DNA of 64,000 nucleotides from Candidatus Latescibacterota bacterium (GCA_965116875.1 OZ220733.1:1920001-1984000), one strand, 5' to 3'; shown: positions 39,400 to 50,441, counted from the first letter of the stretch. The notes: generated by a model not told the origin, from the letters alone. Made by a program: numbers and translations.

Positions 39400-40176
39400 T
39401 CAGTGCCCGCGCCCGTGTCGTGTTTTCTGGAAATTGAATAGTTTCAGGGCGGTGCGGCCCATGATCCATTCAAGCTCGTTTTCGGACAGAAACGTCCAGC
39501 GGCGTGGCATCTCTACCGCCATCTCGCAGGTTTCGTGAAGACTCACGGGCGGGAAATCGCTCCCCCACATCATCCGCTCGGCGCCGAACCGCTCCAGCGC
39601 CCGTTCGATGAACGGCGTTGCCTCGTCGTAGGGATATCCCTTCCCGAATCCGTAGAAGCCCGAAAGCATGAACACCGTGTTTTCATAGTTCGCGTAACCC
39701 ATCAGGCGCTCGTATGCCGGTTCGTCCGGGGTCTTCTCCACGTCCGGAAACCATCCCATGTGTTCGATCCGAAACATCGCGTTCGGATACCGCTGAATTC
39801 GCTCCTCCATCCGTGGACGAAGCATGCCGGCCATGCCTCCGCTCAGACTGGCCATGATACCGAGTTCGCCGACGGCGTCCCAGACCGCCTCGTTATCGAC
39901 GGAAGCCGGAATCCGCAGTCCCGCGAGGCCGAACTCGCCTACTTCGCGGCGGATCCGGTCGCCCGCGTCTACGGCCTCGTAGTCCACCGCGCCCAGGGAC
40001 GCGAACCGGCGCGGATAGCGGTCCATACAGTCTTTTAAATAGGCGTTATCGTGGCATCCGCCGTACTGCACGAGCAGGGCCTTGTCGATATCGGCTGATT
40101 CCATCTGCGCCAGAAGCACTTCAACCGCGACGTACTTGGTAAGACCCACGTGGACGTGGCCGTCGACAATGGTCAT
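39400..40176 (-). CDS. Amidohydrolase family protein
   Basis: IVDGHVH, IEHMG and RMMWGSDFP. Confidence 0.85.
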   Translation of the reverse strand: MTIVDGHVHVGLTKYVAVEVLLAQMESADIDKALLVQYGGCHDNAYLKDCMDRYPRRFASLGAVDYEAVDAGDRIRREVGEFGLAGLRIPASVDNEAVWDAVGELGIMASLSGGMAGMLRPRMEERIQRYPNAMFRIEHMGWFPDVEKTPDEPAYERLMGYANYENTVFMLSGFYGFGKGYPYDEATPFIERALERFGAERMMWGSDFPPVSLHETCEMAVEMPRRWTFLSENELEWIMGRTALKLFNFQKTRHGRGH

Positions 40177-40231
40177 TCCTTCCCTCCAGGGATTGATTGG
40201 GAAATTCACTACCTGCCGTTACAGGTGTCAA

Positions 40232-41053
40232 TCAGATCTCCACCACCAGCCCGTCTTCGGCTACGAGTACCTCGCCGCCGTAACCGCTTCTGATCTGTTC
40301 CGCCATCTGGTAGGGAGACGTCCGGTCTCCCGTAATGTCTTCGATCACCAGGTGTTTGATCATTACGCGTTTCACTTCCGCCTTCCGCGCGATATCCGCA
40401 ATGTCCGCCGGTGTAATGTGCCAGGCGCCCCACGGCTGCGTTTCCAGGAATTCCGGCGTTCCGGAACACTCGATGGCGAGCAGGTCCGCGCCTTTGCAGA
40501 ATGCCGGAAAGTCCTCATCGGGGGTGCCGTCTCCCGTGATGATTACCCGGCGATCGCCGGCATCCACTCGGTAGGCCAGGGTCGGAATATTCCCGTGGTC
40601 GGCAAACACGGCGGAAATCCGGTAGTCTTCCCGCTCCAGAAAACAGCGATTCCCATCCACTTCGATCACGTCCGGGTCGAGGGGCTGGATGTCCTTACCG
40701 TGGCTCAGCCGGCTGCTGATGTCCTGTTCAAAGGGCGGCCGGATGATCCTCTCCACGAATTCCCGTGTGCCCTCGGGTCCATAGATTTCCAATCGACGAT
40801 TCCGCACCTTCACCCATCCCGCGAAAACCAGATAGGGCACATCCACGATATGATCGAAGTGCAGATGCGTCAGAAACAGACGGTCCACCTCCTCGCACCC
40901 CACACCGGCCCGCGCCAGGTTCGTACTGGCGCTCCGCCCGCAGTCGAACATCAGCACCTCGTCTCCAACCCGGAGCATCTGCGCGGGACCGCCGCGAACC
41001 GGGTTGTCCCGGACCGCGCCGCTGCCCAGCATCACAAACGTTATTTCCGACAT
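40232..41053 (-). CDS. MBL-fold metallo-hydrolase (RNase Z/arylsulfatase-like)
   Basis: LGSG, FDCG, LTHLHFDH and TGDG. Confidence 0.85.
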   Translation of the reverse strand: MSEITFVMLGSGAVRDNPVRGGPAQMLRVGDEVLMFDCGRSASTNLARAGVGCEEVDRLFLTHLHFDHIVDVPYLVFAGWVKVRNRRLEIYGPEGTREFVERIIRPPFEQDISSRLSHGKDIQPLDPDVIEVDGNRCFLEREDYRISAVFADHGNIPTLAYRVDAGDRRVIITGDGTPDEDFPAFCKGADLLAIECSGTPEFLETQPWGAWHITPADIADIARKAEVKRVMIKHLVIEDITGDRTSPYQMAEQIRSGYGGEVLVAEDGLVVEI

Positions 41054-41295
41054 GATTATTGCTTTCGCCAAACCTCTTTAGTTCGAAAACCGGAGCATGC
41101 ATGGATGGACAGGATCGACAGGACAAAAGCGGAATATAGACAGAACACTCTCCAGACCGGGTAATTGCGATGATAATCCCAAGCCAACGGTTCTTGATAC
41201 GATGTTAACCCCAATCAACAGTTATTACCGGGAGCAATAAATAGTCGACAAATATTGTGCCTGCTATGGTGGAGTGGAACTTGCCCAAAAACGGA

Positions 41296-41365
41296 CGCTG
41301 AGCTTGTCGAAGCGCCCGCGTATCGGGACCCCTCTTCCTTCGCCGACCCTTCGACAAGCTCAGGG
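41296..41365. repeat. REP-like family D inverted dyad
   Basis: CGCTGAGCTTGTCGAAGCG ... CCCTTCGACAAGCTCAGGG. Confidence 0.75.
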
Positions 41366-41433
41366 AGCGGCTCAGGCTGGCCGGTCAATGCTGTGGAAAA
41401 AAGGCAAACTATCAGGTGCTCCGAGAAATAACC

Positions 41434-42522
41434 CTACAGGGTGCCTTGATCTTGCGTTCGGGGCTCATATTGATAGGCCTTGAGCGTCTTTTCAGCAATC
41501 GATTCCCACGACAACGCCTTCGCCCGTTGAAACGCGCCTTTCGAGCAGGCAGACATGTCGCGCTCCCGGATTCCCTCCATTGCACGCCTCAATCCGTTCC
41601 TGTCACTTGCATCGTAGATGATTCCGGAGTTTTCGTCCAGCAGTTCAGGGAGGCAGCCGATGCCGGGCGCGATCACGGGCCGCGCGAACGACATTGCCGT
41701 GATCGCCGATCCCGATGTCAGCATATCCACGAAAGGCAGCACCATGACGTCTGACGCGTTAAAGAAAAGCTGGAGCTCCTCGTCAGGGAAGAATTCGGCC
41801 GTCTGCATGAGAATTCTCGGATCGCCGGCGTGCGCCCGGGCGACCACGTCCGCGCTGTATTCGCTGTTCACCTTGGCGGCGAGGAGCAATCTCAGTTGTT
41901 CGCCCGGCAGACGGGTGAACACCTCGAGCAGCTTCTCCACGCCCTTATAGCGTTTCACGTTTCCGAAAAACAGATATACGAACGCTTCGGCGGCGATCCC
42001 CAACGCTCTCCTGGCCTCGCCGCGCGACACCTTGTTCTCATACGCGTCTATGAAATGGCCGTGGGGAATTGTAAATATGCCGTGGGTCCGGTGAAAGTGT
42101 TTCAACACTTGCGCGCGTCCGTACTCGCAGTGCACGATCAGGGCTGTTGCAAGCCTCGTAATCGCCAGGCGCGCAAGCCGGTCCAGGCCCGGATGCGGAC
42201 GTTCGTGCGGATACAGGTTGTGGACGGTCCACACAACCCGGTATCCCAGGAACCGGGCGAGTGTCAGATGGCCGATCAGTTCCGCGCACCTTTCGACGCT
42301 CTCGCCGGCATCGTCCGTATTGTACATATAGGAGGGCCAGTTCAGGTGCAAAACGTCCACGCGGCCCCGGTTTTCCATCAACCACGATTCGCTCAGATCC
42401 TCGTCGTATCCGGCTTCCAGTTCCACCCCGAGCCCGGCCATCGCCCGGGCGAGCAAGGGGCCGTAGGGGTTGTTTTTTTCGAAGCCGAGCCCCGCCCTGC
42501 CCCAGTAGAACACCGCCCGCAT
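41434..42522 (-). CDS. Glycosyltransferase family 4
   Basis: VWTVHN, FFGNVKRYKG, SDVMVLPF...TSG. Confidence 0.88.
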   Translation of the reverse strand: MRAVFYWGRAGLGFEKNNPYGPLLARAMAGLGVELEAGYDEDLSESWLMENRGRVDVLHLNWPSYMYNTDDAGESVERCAELIGHLTLARFLGYRVVWTVHNLYPHERPHPGLDRLARLAITRLATALIVHCEYGRAQVLKHFHRTHGIFTIPHGHFIDAYENKVSRGEARRALGIAAEAFVYLFFGNVKRYKGVEKLLEVFTRLPGEQLRLLLAAKVNSEYSADVVARAHAGDPRILMQTAEFFPDEELQLFFNASDVMVLPFVDMLTSGSAITAMSFARPVIAPGIGCLPELLDENSGIIYDASDRNGLRRAMEGIRERDMSACSKGAFQRAKALSWESIAEKTLKAYQYEPRTQDQGTL

Positions 42523-42621
42523 ACGTGTCTCCCGGTGTCCGGTCCCGGAAAGATCTGATGATTCACCCGCCTGCGCGAACCGCCAACCCGGCGGCTGTGC
42601 GGGGACCGGGACGCCAATGGT

Positions 42622-44559
42622 CTACAGCAACACCCTCTTAACGGTCCGGCTCCACTGCTTCTGATAATACAGGCCTTCGTTCAAATATACGTTCAGCCCC
42701 AGGTTCATCACAAAACAATCCGCGTTGCTCGTCAGCGATCCGGTCGCTTCGGAACGCACCTCGCACCCCGGCCACGCGACCGACGCCGTCTTTTTCGAAC
42801 GGGTCCAGGCCTCCCCCGGGGTTCTGTTCGACACTCCCATCTCGCCTTCGCCCCCGAACAGAACCAGGCGGTACCGGTCTTCCAGCACGTCGTGCACCAC
42901 CTGCCATGGCGCGTCGCCGGACCCGGTGGACCTCGCGGGATGCGGCGAAGGCGAATAGTCAAACTCCGGATCCCTCCCGCCGTTCCATACCGGCAACTCG
43001 ACCTTCGATGGGTAATCCGGTCCCCAGTGTACCGAGATCCGGCCGGACCGCGGCGTGGGCCATACGTTGGGGAAATCCGATCCGTTGATGCTGATCCCGA
43101 TCCGGTGTCCCTTCGTGAATCTCCACGCCGTGGCTTCCATGTGGAACGTGACCGGAGAAACCTCACCAGGAACCATGGGAACAGCCCGGTCCATCCCCTC
43201 CCGCCGGGTCGCATTCAGTATTCCTTTTGTCACGAGCACGCTGGCGCCGTCCGGGGCAATCTCCAATAGCCGAACGGCTACGGGTATCACTTCTACGTCG
43301 GAACTGATATACAGGCTGAATGCCGGCGTTCCCAGGATCGACACCGGCTCCGCAAGGGGCGGTGAAACAAAATTGACCGCCCGCGCCGAATCCTCCCGCT
43401 GGTCTCCCGGCAGCGTGAAGGGCGTCCCTCCGTCCCACAACCCCCCCTGCCGGCATGCCGCCGGCAGATATGCGACTGAAGCGGCACCCCCTTCTTCTGC
43501 CGGGCCGCCCGCCAGGTTTTCGCCATGAAGAAAGAACGTCTCCGGCGCCTGCTGAGGAAGACCGTCGGCCATCCGCCAATTTCCGGCAATCCTGGTGCGA
43601 TCCGTCAGCGGTTCTTCATATTCCCGCTGGTATACCTGAACCGGGGGTTCTTCCGGAACGCCGTTGTTCATTTCCTTCAGCCAGCAGTCCCACCAGCGCA
43701 GCAATTCATAGTAGATGTCGACTCGGGGTCCGCAGTGCGACTGGTCTCCGTACGAATGCGACCACGGTCCCATCAGCAGGCGCCTGGGCGATTGCAGCGC
43801 CCGGTACACGCGCAACGGCGGCGTGGGATACCCGTCGTGCCAGCCGCCGATCAACAGGGCCGCCGCGGAGATTCGATCGTAGTGTCCGGAAATAGATCCC
43901 ACCGCCCAATAGTCATCCTCCACCTGATGGGAAATCCATTTCAGAAGATAGGGCTCGTTCTCCTCCAGTCGCTGCTGCCAGAGTTCGCTCCACCGCTCGC
44001 CGACGGCTTCCCGGAACGGGGGCAGCCCGTTGCGGGCGACCATATTCAGGCCGTAGGTCAGCATGTCATAGAAGCCGCGAAGGCATCCCCCCTTGTAGTG
44101 ACAGTCATCCGTGTATCTTCTGTCCGTAAAATAGGCCGGCGCGATTGCTTTCAACGCCGGCGGGGCCATGGCGGCAACCTGCAGCGTCGTGAAACCGCTA
44201 TAGGACGTACCCAGCATCCCCACGCGGCCGCTGCACCACGGCTGGTCCGCCAGCCATGCGATGGCGTCGTAACCGTCGCGCGTTTCCTCCTCCATATACT
44301 CGTCTCTGCTCACGCCTTCCGAATTTCCCGTCCCCCGTGCGTTCAAATAGACAAATGCATACCCGCGCTCGGCGAAATACCGTGCCATGGGGGACGTTGT
44401 TCCGTCCGATCCGCCCCGGTACGGATCGTACCACACCAGGGCCGGAAACGCGTCTTCGGCCAGCGGCCGGGTTATCGTCGCGCCCAGAGAGGTCCCGTCA
44501 CGCGTCGGGATGCGATATCGATTGCTCGTTTCGAACCCATACTCAGCCGTGGAACACAT
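42622..44559 (-). CDS. CocE/NonD family serine hydrolase
   Basis: RGTGNSEG, GMLGTSYSG, GGWHDGY and GPWSH; start uncertain. Confidence 0.88.
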   Translation of the reverse strand: MCSTAEYGFETSNRYRIPTRDGTSLGATITRPLAEDAFPALVWYDPYRGGSDGTTSPMARYFAERGYAFVYLNARGTGNSEGVSRDEYMEEETRDGYDAIAWLADQPWCSGRVGMLGTSYSGFTTLQVAAMAPPALKAIAPAYFTDRRYTDDCHYKGGCLRGFYDMLTYGLNMVARNGLPPFREAVGERWSELWQQRLEENEPYLLKWISHQVEDDYWAVGSISGHYDRISAAALLIGGWHDGYPTPPLRVYRALQSPRRLLMGPWSHSYGDQSHCGPRVDIYYELLRWWDCWLKEMNNGVPEEPPVQVYQREYEEPLTDRTRIAGNWRMADGLPQQAPETFFLHGENLAGGPAEEGGAASVAYLPAACRQGGLWDGGTPFTLPGDQREDSARAVNFVSPPLAEPVSILGTPAFSLYISSDVEVIPVAVRLLEIAPDGASVLVTKGILNATRREGMDRAVPMVPGEVSPVTFHMEATAWRFTKGHRIGISINGSDFPNVWPTPRSGRISVHWGPDYPSKVELPVWNGGRDPEFDYSPSPHPARSTGSGDAPWQVVHDVLEDRYRLVLFGGEGEMGVSNRTPGEAWTRSKKTASVAWPGCEVRSEATGSLTSNADCFVMNLGLNVYLNEGLYYQKQWSRTVKRVLL

Positions 44560-44748
44560 TTGCCTCTTCGAGATGTCCACCGGTAATCCCTCACCTTTGT
44601 ATTGACATAGCAATACGGATTGTTTACCTACAAACAGCGTACATCAGTCTGTCAAAGCGGCCAGATCGGGCGTTAACAAACGTTACAGTGGTAAACGTCC
44701 CAGTCCAAAGCCTTTAAATGACATCCTTGAGACCTGCCCTGAGCCGTT

Positions 44749-44839
44749 CCCTGAGCCTGTCGAAGGGTCGAAGGGCCGGCGAAGGGCTCTCGATTCGCGG
44801 GCATTTCGACATTTCGACACCCTTCGACAGGCTCAGGGA
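44749..44839. repeat. REP-like family D inverted dyad
   Basis: CCCTGAGCCTGTCGAAGGG ... CCCTTCGACAGGCTCAGGG. Confidence 0.75.
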
Positions 44840-44986
44840 CCGAGCTCAATGCAGGCATGCTCAATGACCACGCAGCCATTGGTTCGTTTCAACAAGCCGG
44901 CCTCGTAAAGCTTGCTTTGGGGGCTACGGTTTACCACCGGGATTCGATGACGATTGATTCGTCAATTCGCTTCGGCGGAGGAAGCA

Positions 44987-46816
44987 ATGCGTTACAGGAG
45001 CATGCTACACTGCGTCCGGGACCTGGAGAAAAACGGCCACCTCGTCCGGATCCGGGAGGAAGTCGATCCGGACCTTGAAATGGCCGAAATCCACCGCCGC
45101 GTCTATCAGGCACGCGGGCCGGCCCTTTTCTACGAAAACGTCAGGGGCAGCGCGTTTCCAGCGGTGTCGAACCTGTTCGGCACGCTCGAACGATCCCGCT
45201 TCATTTTCCGCTCCACGCTGAAGTGGGTCAGGCGTCTGATTGAAATCAAAGCCGACCCGCCGGCGTACCTGAAAGCGCCCTGGAAAGCCGCGGGCATTGC
45301 CAGCATCGCCCTGAACATCCCGCCCCGAAAGGTCACGTCCGGTCCCGTCCTCAAACATACGACCACGATCGCCCGGCTCCCGCAGATCAGGTGCTGGCCG
45401 GACGACGGCGGCGCGTTCATCCTGCTTCCACAGGTCTACACCGAAGATCCTCTGAATCCCGGTATCCTCAGTTCCAACCTGGGGATGTACCGCATTCAAA
45501 TGTCGGGAAATCAATACGAGCCCGACAGATCCGTCGGGCTGCATTACCAGATCCGTCGCGACATCGGCATCCACCATACGAATGCCATCGAAAGTGGCGA
45601 GCCCCTTCGGGTGAGTGTCTTCGTCGGCGGGCCCCCCGCACACACGTTTGCCGCGGTCATGCCCCTTCCCGAAGGCCTGCCCGAAGTCGCTTTCGCGGGC
45701 GGGCTGGCCGGCCGACGGTTCCGATATCTATCAAAAAACGGCTTCACGATATCCGCCGAAGCCGATTTCTGTATCACGGGGGAAGTTTACCCGGGCGAAA
45801 CCCTGCCCGAAGGCCCGTTCGGCGACCACCTGGGATATTACAGCCTCGCGCACGAGTTTCCCGTGCTGCGTGTGGATACCGTCTATCATCGCAAGGACGC
45901 CGTCTGGCCCTTTACCGTTGTCGGCCGCCCTCCCCAGGAAGACACCGCCTTCGGCGAACTCATTCACGAGTTGACAGGCCCCATGGTCCCTGTCGAGCTT
46001 CCCGGCCTGAAGGCCATCAACGCCGTCGACGCCGCCGGCGTTCACCCCCTGCTGCTGGCCATCGGCAGCGAGCGCTACGTACCCTATCGCGAACGGCAAC
46101 CCCAGGAGATCCTCACCATCGCCAATGCGCTGCTGGGGTTCGGCGCGTGCTCGCTCGCCAAATATTTATTGATCGTAGCGGGCGAAGACAATCCGGAACT
46201 GGACATTCACGACATTGCGGACTTTCTCCGCCACCTCCTCGAACGCGTGGACTGGACCCGCGACCTGCATTTTCAGACCCGCACGACCATCGACACCCTG
46301 GACTATTCCGGCACCGGCCTGAATGAAGGCTCCAAGGTTGTGATCGCCGCGGCCGGCGCAAAAAAGCGGGATCTGCCTGTCGAGATTCCTGGCGACCCGA
46401 GTCTGCCCGACGATCTGAAGAACCCGAAGGTCGCGCTTCCGGGCATCCTCGCGGTGGAGGCGCCCCCCTTCAACGCTCCCGCGGATGGAGAAACGGCGAA
46501 GCGACTGACCGCAGCCCTGGAGTCCGTGGAGCAGGTTCGGGGCTTTCCGTTGATCCTGCTCGTGGACGATGCCGACTTCACGGCGCGCACGCTGAACAAT
46601 TTCCTGTGGGTTGCGTTTACCCGGTCCAATCCCTCACATGACGTCTACGGTGTCGGTAGCTTCATCGAAAACAAACACTGGGGCTGTCACGGGCCCCTGA
46701 TCATCGACGCCCGCCTGAAGCCCCACCACGCGCCGCCTTTGGTGGAAGACCCCCAAATCACACGGAAGGTTGATCGCCTAGGCGAGCGCAGCGGCCCCCT
46801 TCACGGGTTTGTCTGA
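44987..46816 (+). CDS. UbiD family decarboxylase (long form, possibly menaquinone pathway)
   Basis: NLGMYR, EGPFGDHLGYY, VVGRPPQED and DTLDYS. Confidence 0.9.
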   Translation: MRYRSMLHCVRDLEKNGHLVRIREEVDPDLEMAEIHRRVYQARGPALFYENVRGSAFPAVSNLFGTLERSRFIFRSTLKWVRRLIEIKADPPAYLKAPWKAAGIASIALNIPPRKVTSGPVLKHTTTIARLPQIRCWPDDGGAFILLPQVYTEDPLNPGILSSNLGMYRIQMSGNQYEPDRSVGLHYQIRRDIGIHHTNAIESGEPLRVSVFVGGPPAHTFAAVMPLPEGLPEVAFAGGLAGRRFRYLSKNGFTISAEADFCITGEVYPGETLPEGPFGDHLGYYSLAHEFPVLRVDTVYHRKDAVWPFTVVGRPPQEDTAFGELIHELTGPMVPVELPGLKAINAVDAAGVHPLLLAIGSERYVPYRERQPQEILTIANALLGFGACSLAKYLLIVAGEDNPELDIHDIADFLRHLLERVDWTRDLHFQTRTTIDTLDYSGTGLNEGSKVVIAAAGAKKRDLPVEIPGDPSLPDDLKNPKVALPGILAVEAPPFNAPADGETAKRLTAALESVEQVRGFPLILLVDDADFTARTLNNFLWVAFTRSNPSHDVYGVGSFIENKHWGCHGPLIIDARLKPHHAPPLVEDPQITRKVDRLGERSGPLHGFV

Positions 46817-46823
46817 TGAACAG

Positions 46824-48260
46824 TCAATATAAATCGTCGGCAGTCGTGACCGCACACCAGCGCGCGGTGAACCATTCTTCGATCAGCGCCTTTCGGGCCC
46901 TGGGCGTGCCGATACGCCTGAGCGCCAGCCCCGCATAAAACCGGTTATAGCGGTTCTCGTCGCCGAGAACGTCCACCAGGTCATCCACCGCCGGATCTCC
47001 CGTCTCGCCGACGTTGCAAAGCAACAACGCCGCATTCCGCCGAACGCGGTAGTCGGGGTCCTTCACCGCCCTGAATACCGCCGGAAGAACCTTCCCGGAA
47101 TCCGCCCCGATCGAACGCAACGCTTCCAGCGCGTTGCGACGGACCCACCAGTGATCGTCCCCAACCTTCTCGACAAGGCTGAACACCGCGGCCCGCGCCG
47201 CCGGGCCTATCCGGGCGAGCACGTCCGCCGCCATGGCCCGAACCCACCAGTGATCGTCTTCCAACGCCTCCAGCAGCGGGTGGATGGCTGCCTCGCCCAT
47301 GGTTGACAACGCGCGCGCGGCCGCTCCCGGCGTTGGATTGGTCCCGTGCGCGTTGTCCGCCGTCTTTGCGGTCGTATCCTCGATGGCCGCCAGTGTTTCC
47401 CTGCGCATCGCATCCACGAGCAGCGGAATCGACGTTCTGTCGCTGGCGAGCGCATACGCCGTATTGACACGCACGCACTCGTCCTCGTCGAACAGGCCTG
47501 CTTCCTTCACGTCCCCGGTCGCTTCCGAACGCCCGTTGTCGGCACTTCCACGCATCCAATTCCAGACGTCCCTGGTCACCGCCGGGTTGGCATCGTCTTC
47601 CGGGGGCGTCCAGGTTTCATTCCGATGTTTCCACGTGGGTCCCTCCGGTTCCCGAAGTCGCGTAAACTGAAACTTCAGCATATATCTCTTGTTGTCGCTG
47701 ACGTTCGGGTTCGCCCGGTGCCACGAGTCGAAATGCATCAGCGTCACGATCCCGGCATCGCCGCAGATGGCATACCCCGGCTCCCGGGTTGCTTCCGGGT
47801 TGGGATCTGAAATGGTCTTGTAGTTCTGCATGCGCGGAATCACCCCGGACGGACCCATATCGATCGACGTATTCTGCGGATAATAGAAAGCGAGCACCCA
47901 CTGAAAACGCGGATGACGGATATTGTGGTCGAAGACGTAACAATCCTTGTGCCAGCTTTGCCCGTTGCTGCCCGGTGGGTTCAGATGGCAGTGCCGATGC
48001 GGATTCATGATGTAGTCGGGTCCGAGAAGACTCGTGAGTGCGCCGCGCACGACCGGCTGATCGAATACCTGCTGAATCCGGGGCACGCGCGGGAGTATAT
48101 TGTTGCCGACGTTGCCTTCGCTGTCGAAAACGGTTTCGATCTCGTCGTAGATCCTGCCGTGCATCCCGGAGATTGCATCCGTCTGGACCGTGATGAAGCC
48201 GTCCAGAATAAAGCGCTGGATCTGCGCATCCGAAAGAAGATGATTGTTCTGCATTACCAT
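46824..48260 (-). CDS. PhyH-like dioxygenase fused to HEAT/PBS-lyase repeats
   Basis: FILDGF, WHKD, IPRM, WHR; repeated DDHWWVR..A..AL..IG units. Confidence 0.8.
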   Translation of the reverse strand: MVMQNNHLLSDAQIQRFILDGFITVQTDAISGMHGRIYDEIETVFDSEGNVGNNILPRVPRIQQVFDQPVVRGALTSLLGPDYIMNPHRHCHLNPPGSNGQSWHKDCYVFDHNIRHPRFQWVLAFYYPQNTSIDMGPSGVIPRMQNYKTISDPNPEATREPGYAICGDAGIVTLMHFDSWHRANPNVSDNKRYMLKFQFTRLREPEGPTWKHRNETWTPPEDDANPAVTRDVWNWMRGSADNGRSEATGDVKEAGLFDEDECVRVNTAYALASDRTSIPLLVDAMRRETLAAIEDTTAKTADNAHGTNPTPGAAARALSTMGEAAIHPLLEALEDDHWWVRAMAADVLARIGPAARAAVFSLVEKVGDDHWWVRRNALEALRSIGADSGKVLPAVFRAVKDPDYRVRRNAALLLCNVGETGDPAVDDLVDVLGDENRYNRFYAGLALRRIGTPRARKALIEEWFTARWCAVTTADDLY

Positions 48261-50140
48261 TTGACCTCCTCGACCGATGGCAAACGCCGCGTTGCGGTCA
48301 GCCCGCTCGCGTGCATCCCCCGGGCCCGTTCCACGGCCGCCAGCACCTGTTCAGCCGTGTAAAAATCGCTCTTGAAAACCTCCCGTCCATCCGGCGCATA
48401 GATGACCAGCAGCGGGATGGTCAACCGGCCGGTTTCTCTCAGCTTCGCCTTGCCAACGGGGTTGTTGCCCGTGATATCGACCTTGACAGCGGCCACGTCG
48501 GGCGCCGCCAGCAGTTTTACAACTTCCGAACTCTGCAGTACGTTGTGCTCCAGTACTTTACAGTTCAAACACCACTCCGCGGTGAAGTCCATGACCACAG
48601 CTTGGCCCTCCTCCAGCGCCTCCTGGAACCGCGCGGGCGTGTAGTAGATCCAGTCGATCGGTCCCTTATCCGTAAACCGGACGGCGCCTGCCGCGGAGGA
48701 AATGAAAAGCGCCGCGCCGAGAAGACCGAAGACTGCACGCCGTCCGGTCCGGGCGGTGATCCGAAACGTCCCGTAGACCAGCCAGAAACCGGCGGCGGCG
48801 CCGAATGCCATCACGGCCCACCAGTATTCCCTGCCCGGCGGATCGGGAGGCGTGACAACAAGCGCGCTGAGGCCGACGCCCACGAAGTAGGCCGCCGCCG
48901 CCAGCATCAGCAGCCCCATCACCTGCTTGATCAACTCGCTTGCCGGGCCCGTGCGGGGCATCCGTTCCACCAGCGCGGGAAAGATCGAAAGCGCCATGTA
49001 AGGGGCGGCCATCCCGGCGCCGATCGAGGCGAACGTCAGCAGCGTGGTTGCCGGAACCTGTGTGGCCGCCCACGCTGCGGCCGCACCCATGAAAGGCGCC
49101 GTGCAGGGCGTGGAAAGCAAGGCCGTCATCATGCCGAACCCGAACGACCCTCCCAGGCTGTCCTGGCCCGGGTTGAACCGGTATACCGCCTGCGGCAACC
49201 GGATGTAAAACAGCCCGCACATGCCTACGGCCATGGCTGCGATGATGATGCCCACGAGGATCGTAAACACCGGATACTGAAACAGCTGATTGGTGGCCGT
49301 AAATCCACTGATGCCGGCAATCATTATACCCAGCGCCAGCCAGAAGGCGACCACTCCCAGAGACATCGATCCCCCAAGCACAAGGCGCCGGGTCCGATTC
49401 TCCGATACCTGCGCCAGCCCGATAATCTTGATGGGAATGACCGGAAGCACGCAGGGCGTCAGGTTAAGCAGCCCGCCACCGAAGGCCGCCACGATCAGGA
49501 GCAGAATCAGCCCGCCGCCGGATGACGTATCGATCGAGAACGTCCAGCCGAACAGATCGAAGCGCACGCCGCCAGCCCCGGCGCCCGCGCCGGTTTCACC
49601 ATACCCTTCGAACAGCGCCGAGTTCAACCGGTTGACTGCCTGTCCGGCGTCCACAATCCGCAGCGACGCCTCCAATTCGACCGTTTTGGGTATGAAACAC
49701 GTGTACGCGTCGCAGGCCTGGTACTCCACCTCGAGTCGAATCCGCTGAGGTGCCGGCTGTACCTCTTCCCCCACCTTGATGGGCAGGTAAAACACGGTTC
49801 GGCCTTCGTACACCATAAGTTCGCCGTCGGCATAGTCTGCCTTTATTGGATGAGGCTTCGGGAAGCGAACGGCTTCAAGGGTGAGTCCGCTCGCCGCCTC
49901 AAGAATGCGGACGTCTGTGGGATAGGGTTCGAAATCGCCAACCACCACCACCTGCGCCGGATCCGGGTTGATGTGGAATTCATCGTCGATATCCACCACG
50001 ATGGCCAGCGCCACGAGGTCGCCGGGCCGCGCACCGTCCACCGGCCAGGCCGTGCTCACGCTGACTTTGTCCTGTGCGTGAGCCGACGCCGGCGTCAGGA
50101 GAAACGCGACCATCAGGGCAATCAACCCGGATCTGAGCAT
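48254..50140 (-). CDS. dsbD: Thiol:disulfide interchange protein DsbD-like
   Basis: YQACD..C, NLTPCVLP, STPCTAPF and FTAEWCLNCK. Confidence 0.85.
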   Translation of the reverse strand: MLRSGLIALMVAFLLTPASAHAQDKVSVSTAWPVDGARPGDLVALAIVVDIDDEFHINPDPAQVVVVGDFEPYPTDVRILEAASGLTLEAVRFPKPHPIKADYADGELMVYEGRTVFYLPIKVGEEVQPAPQRIRLEVEYQACDAYTCFIPKTVELEASLRIVDAGQAVNRLNSALFEGYGETGAGAGAGGVRFDLFGWTFSIDTSSGGGLILLLIVAAFGGGLLNLTPCVLPVIPIKIIGLAQVSENRTRRLVLGGSMSLGVVAFWLALGIMIAGISGFTATNQLFQYPVFTILVGIIIAAMAVGMCGLFYIRLPQAVYRFNPGQDSLGGSFGFGMMTALLSTPCTAPFMGAAAAWAATQVPATTLLTFASIGAGMAAPYMALSIFPALVERMPRTGPASELIKQVMGLLMLAAAAYFVGVGLSALVVTPPDPPGREYWWAVMAFGAAAGFWLVYGTFRITARTGRRAVFGLLGAALFISSAAGAVRFTDKGPIDWIYYTPARFQEALEEGQAVVMDFTAEWCLNCKVLEHNVLQSSEVVKLLAAPDVAAVKVDITGNNPVGKAKLRETGRLTIPLLVIYAPDGREVFKSDFYTAEQVLAAVERARGMHASGLTATRRLPSVEEVKW

Positions 50141-50441
50141 ATCTGAGTACTCCTTAAAGGTCGATGAGAGGAAAGAAACGGTAGAGGTATCGCCGGTGGC
50201 AGGACGCCCGGATTATGGACTGACGGCTGATCGCTTGTTTGATGCCGGCTTACGACTCATAGCCGATCGCTTCTTTCCTCCTTCAGCACGTGTAAAAGAA
50301 GCGAAAAGACGTTGTGATGGCAACGCTTTTTTCTTTGCGAACCACGGGAACCGTCCTTAATTTAGGCCGCGAAATTTCCTTCCCGGCGTCCATGTCGTGA
50401 AAGCCCGCTTTCTGCTCTGAACCTCTTTCGGGAATCCTTCC

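Noticed and set aside
37639-39441. 600-aa ORF antisense to proS
   Set aside because: Codon-bias shadow typical of GC-rich genes
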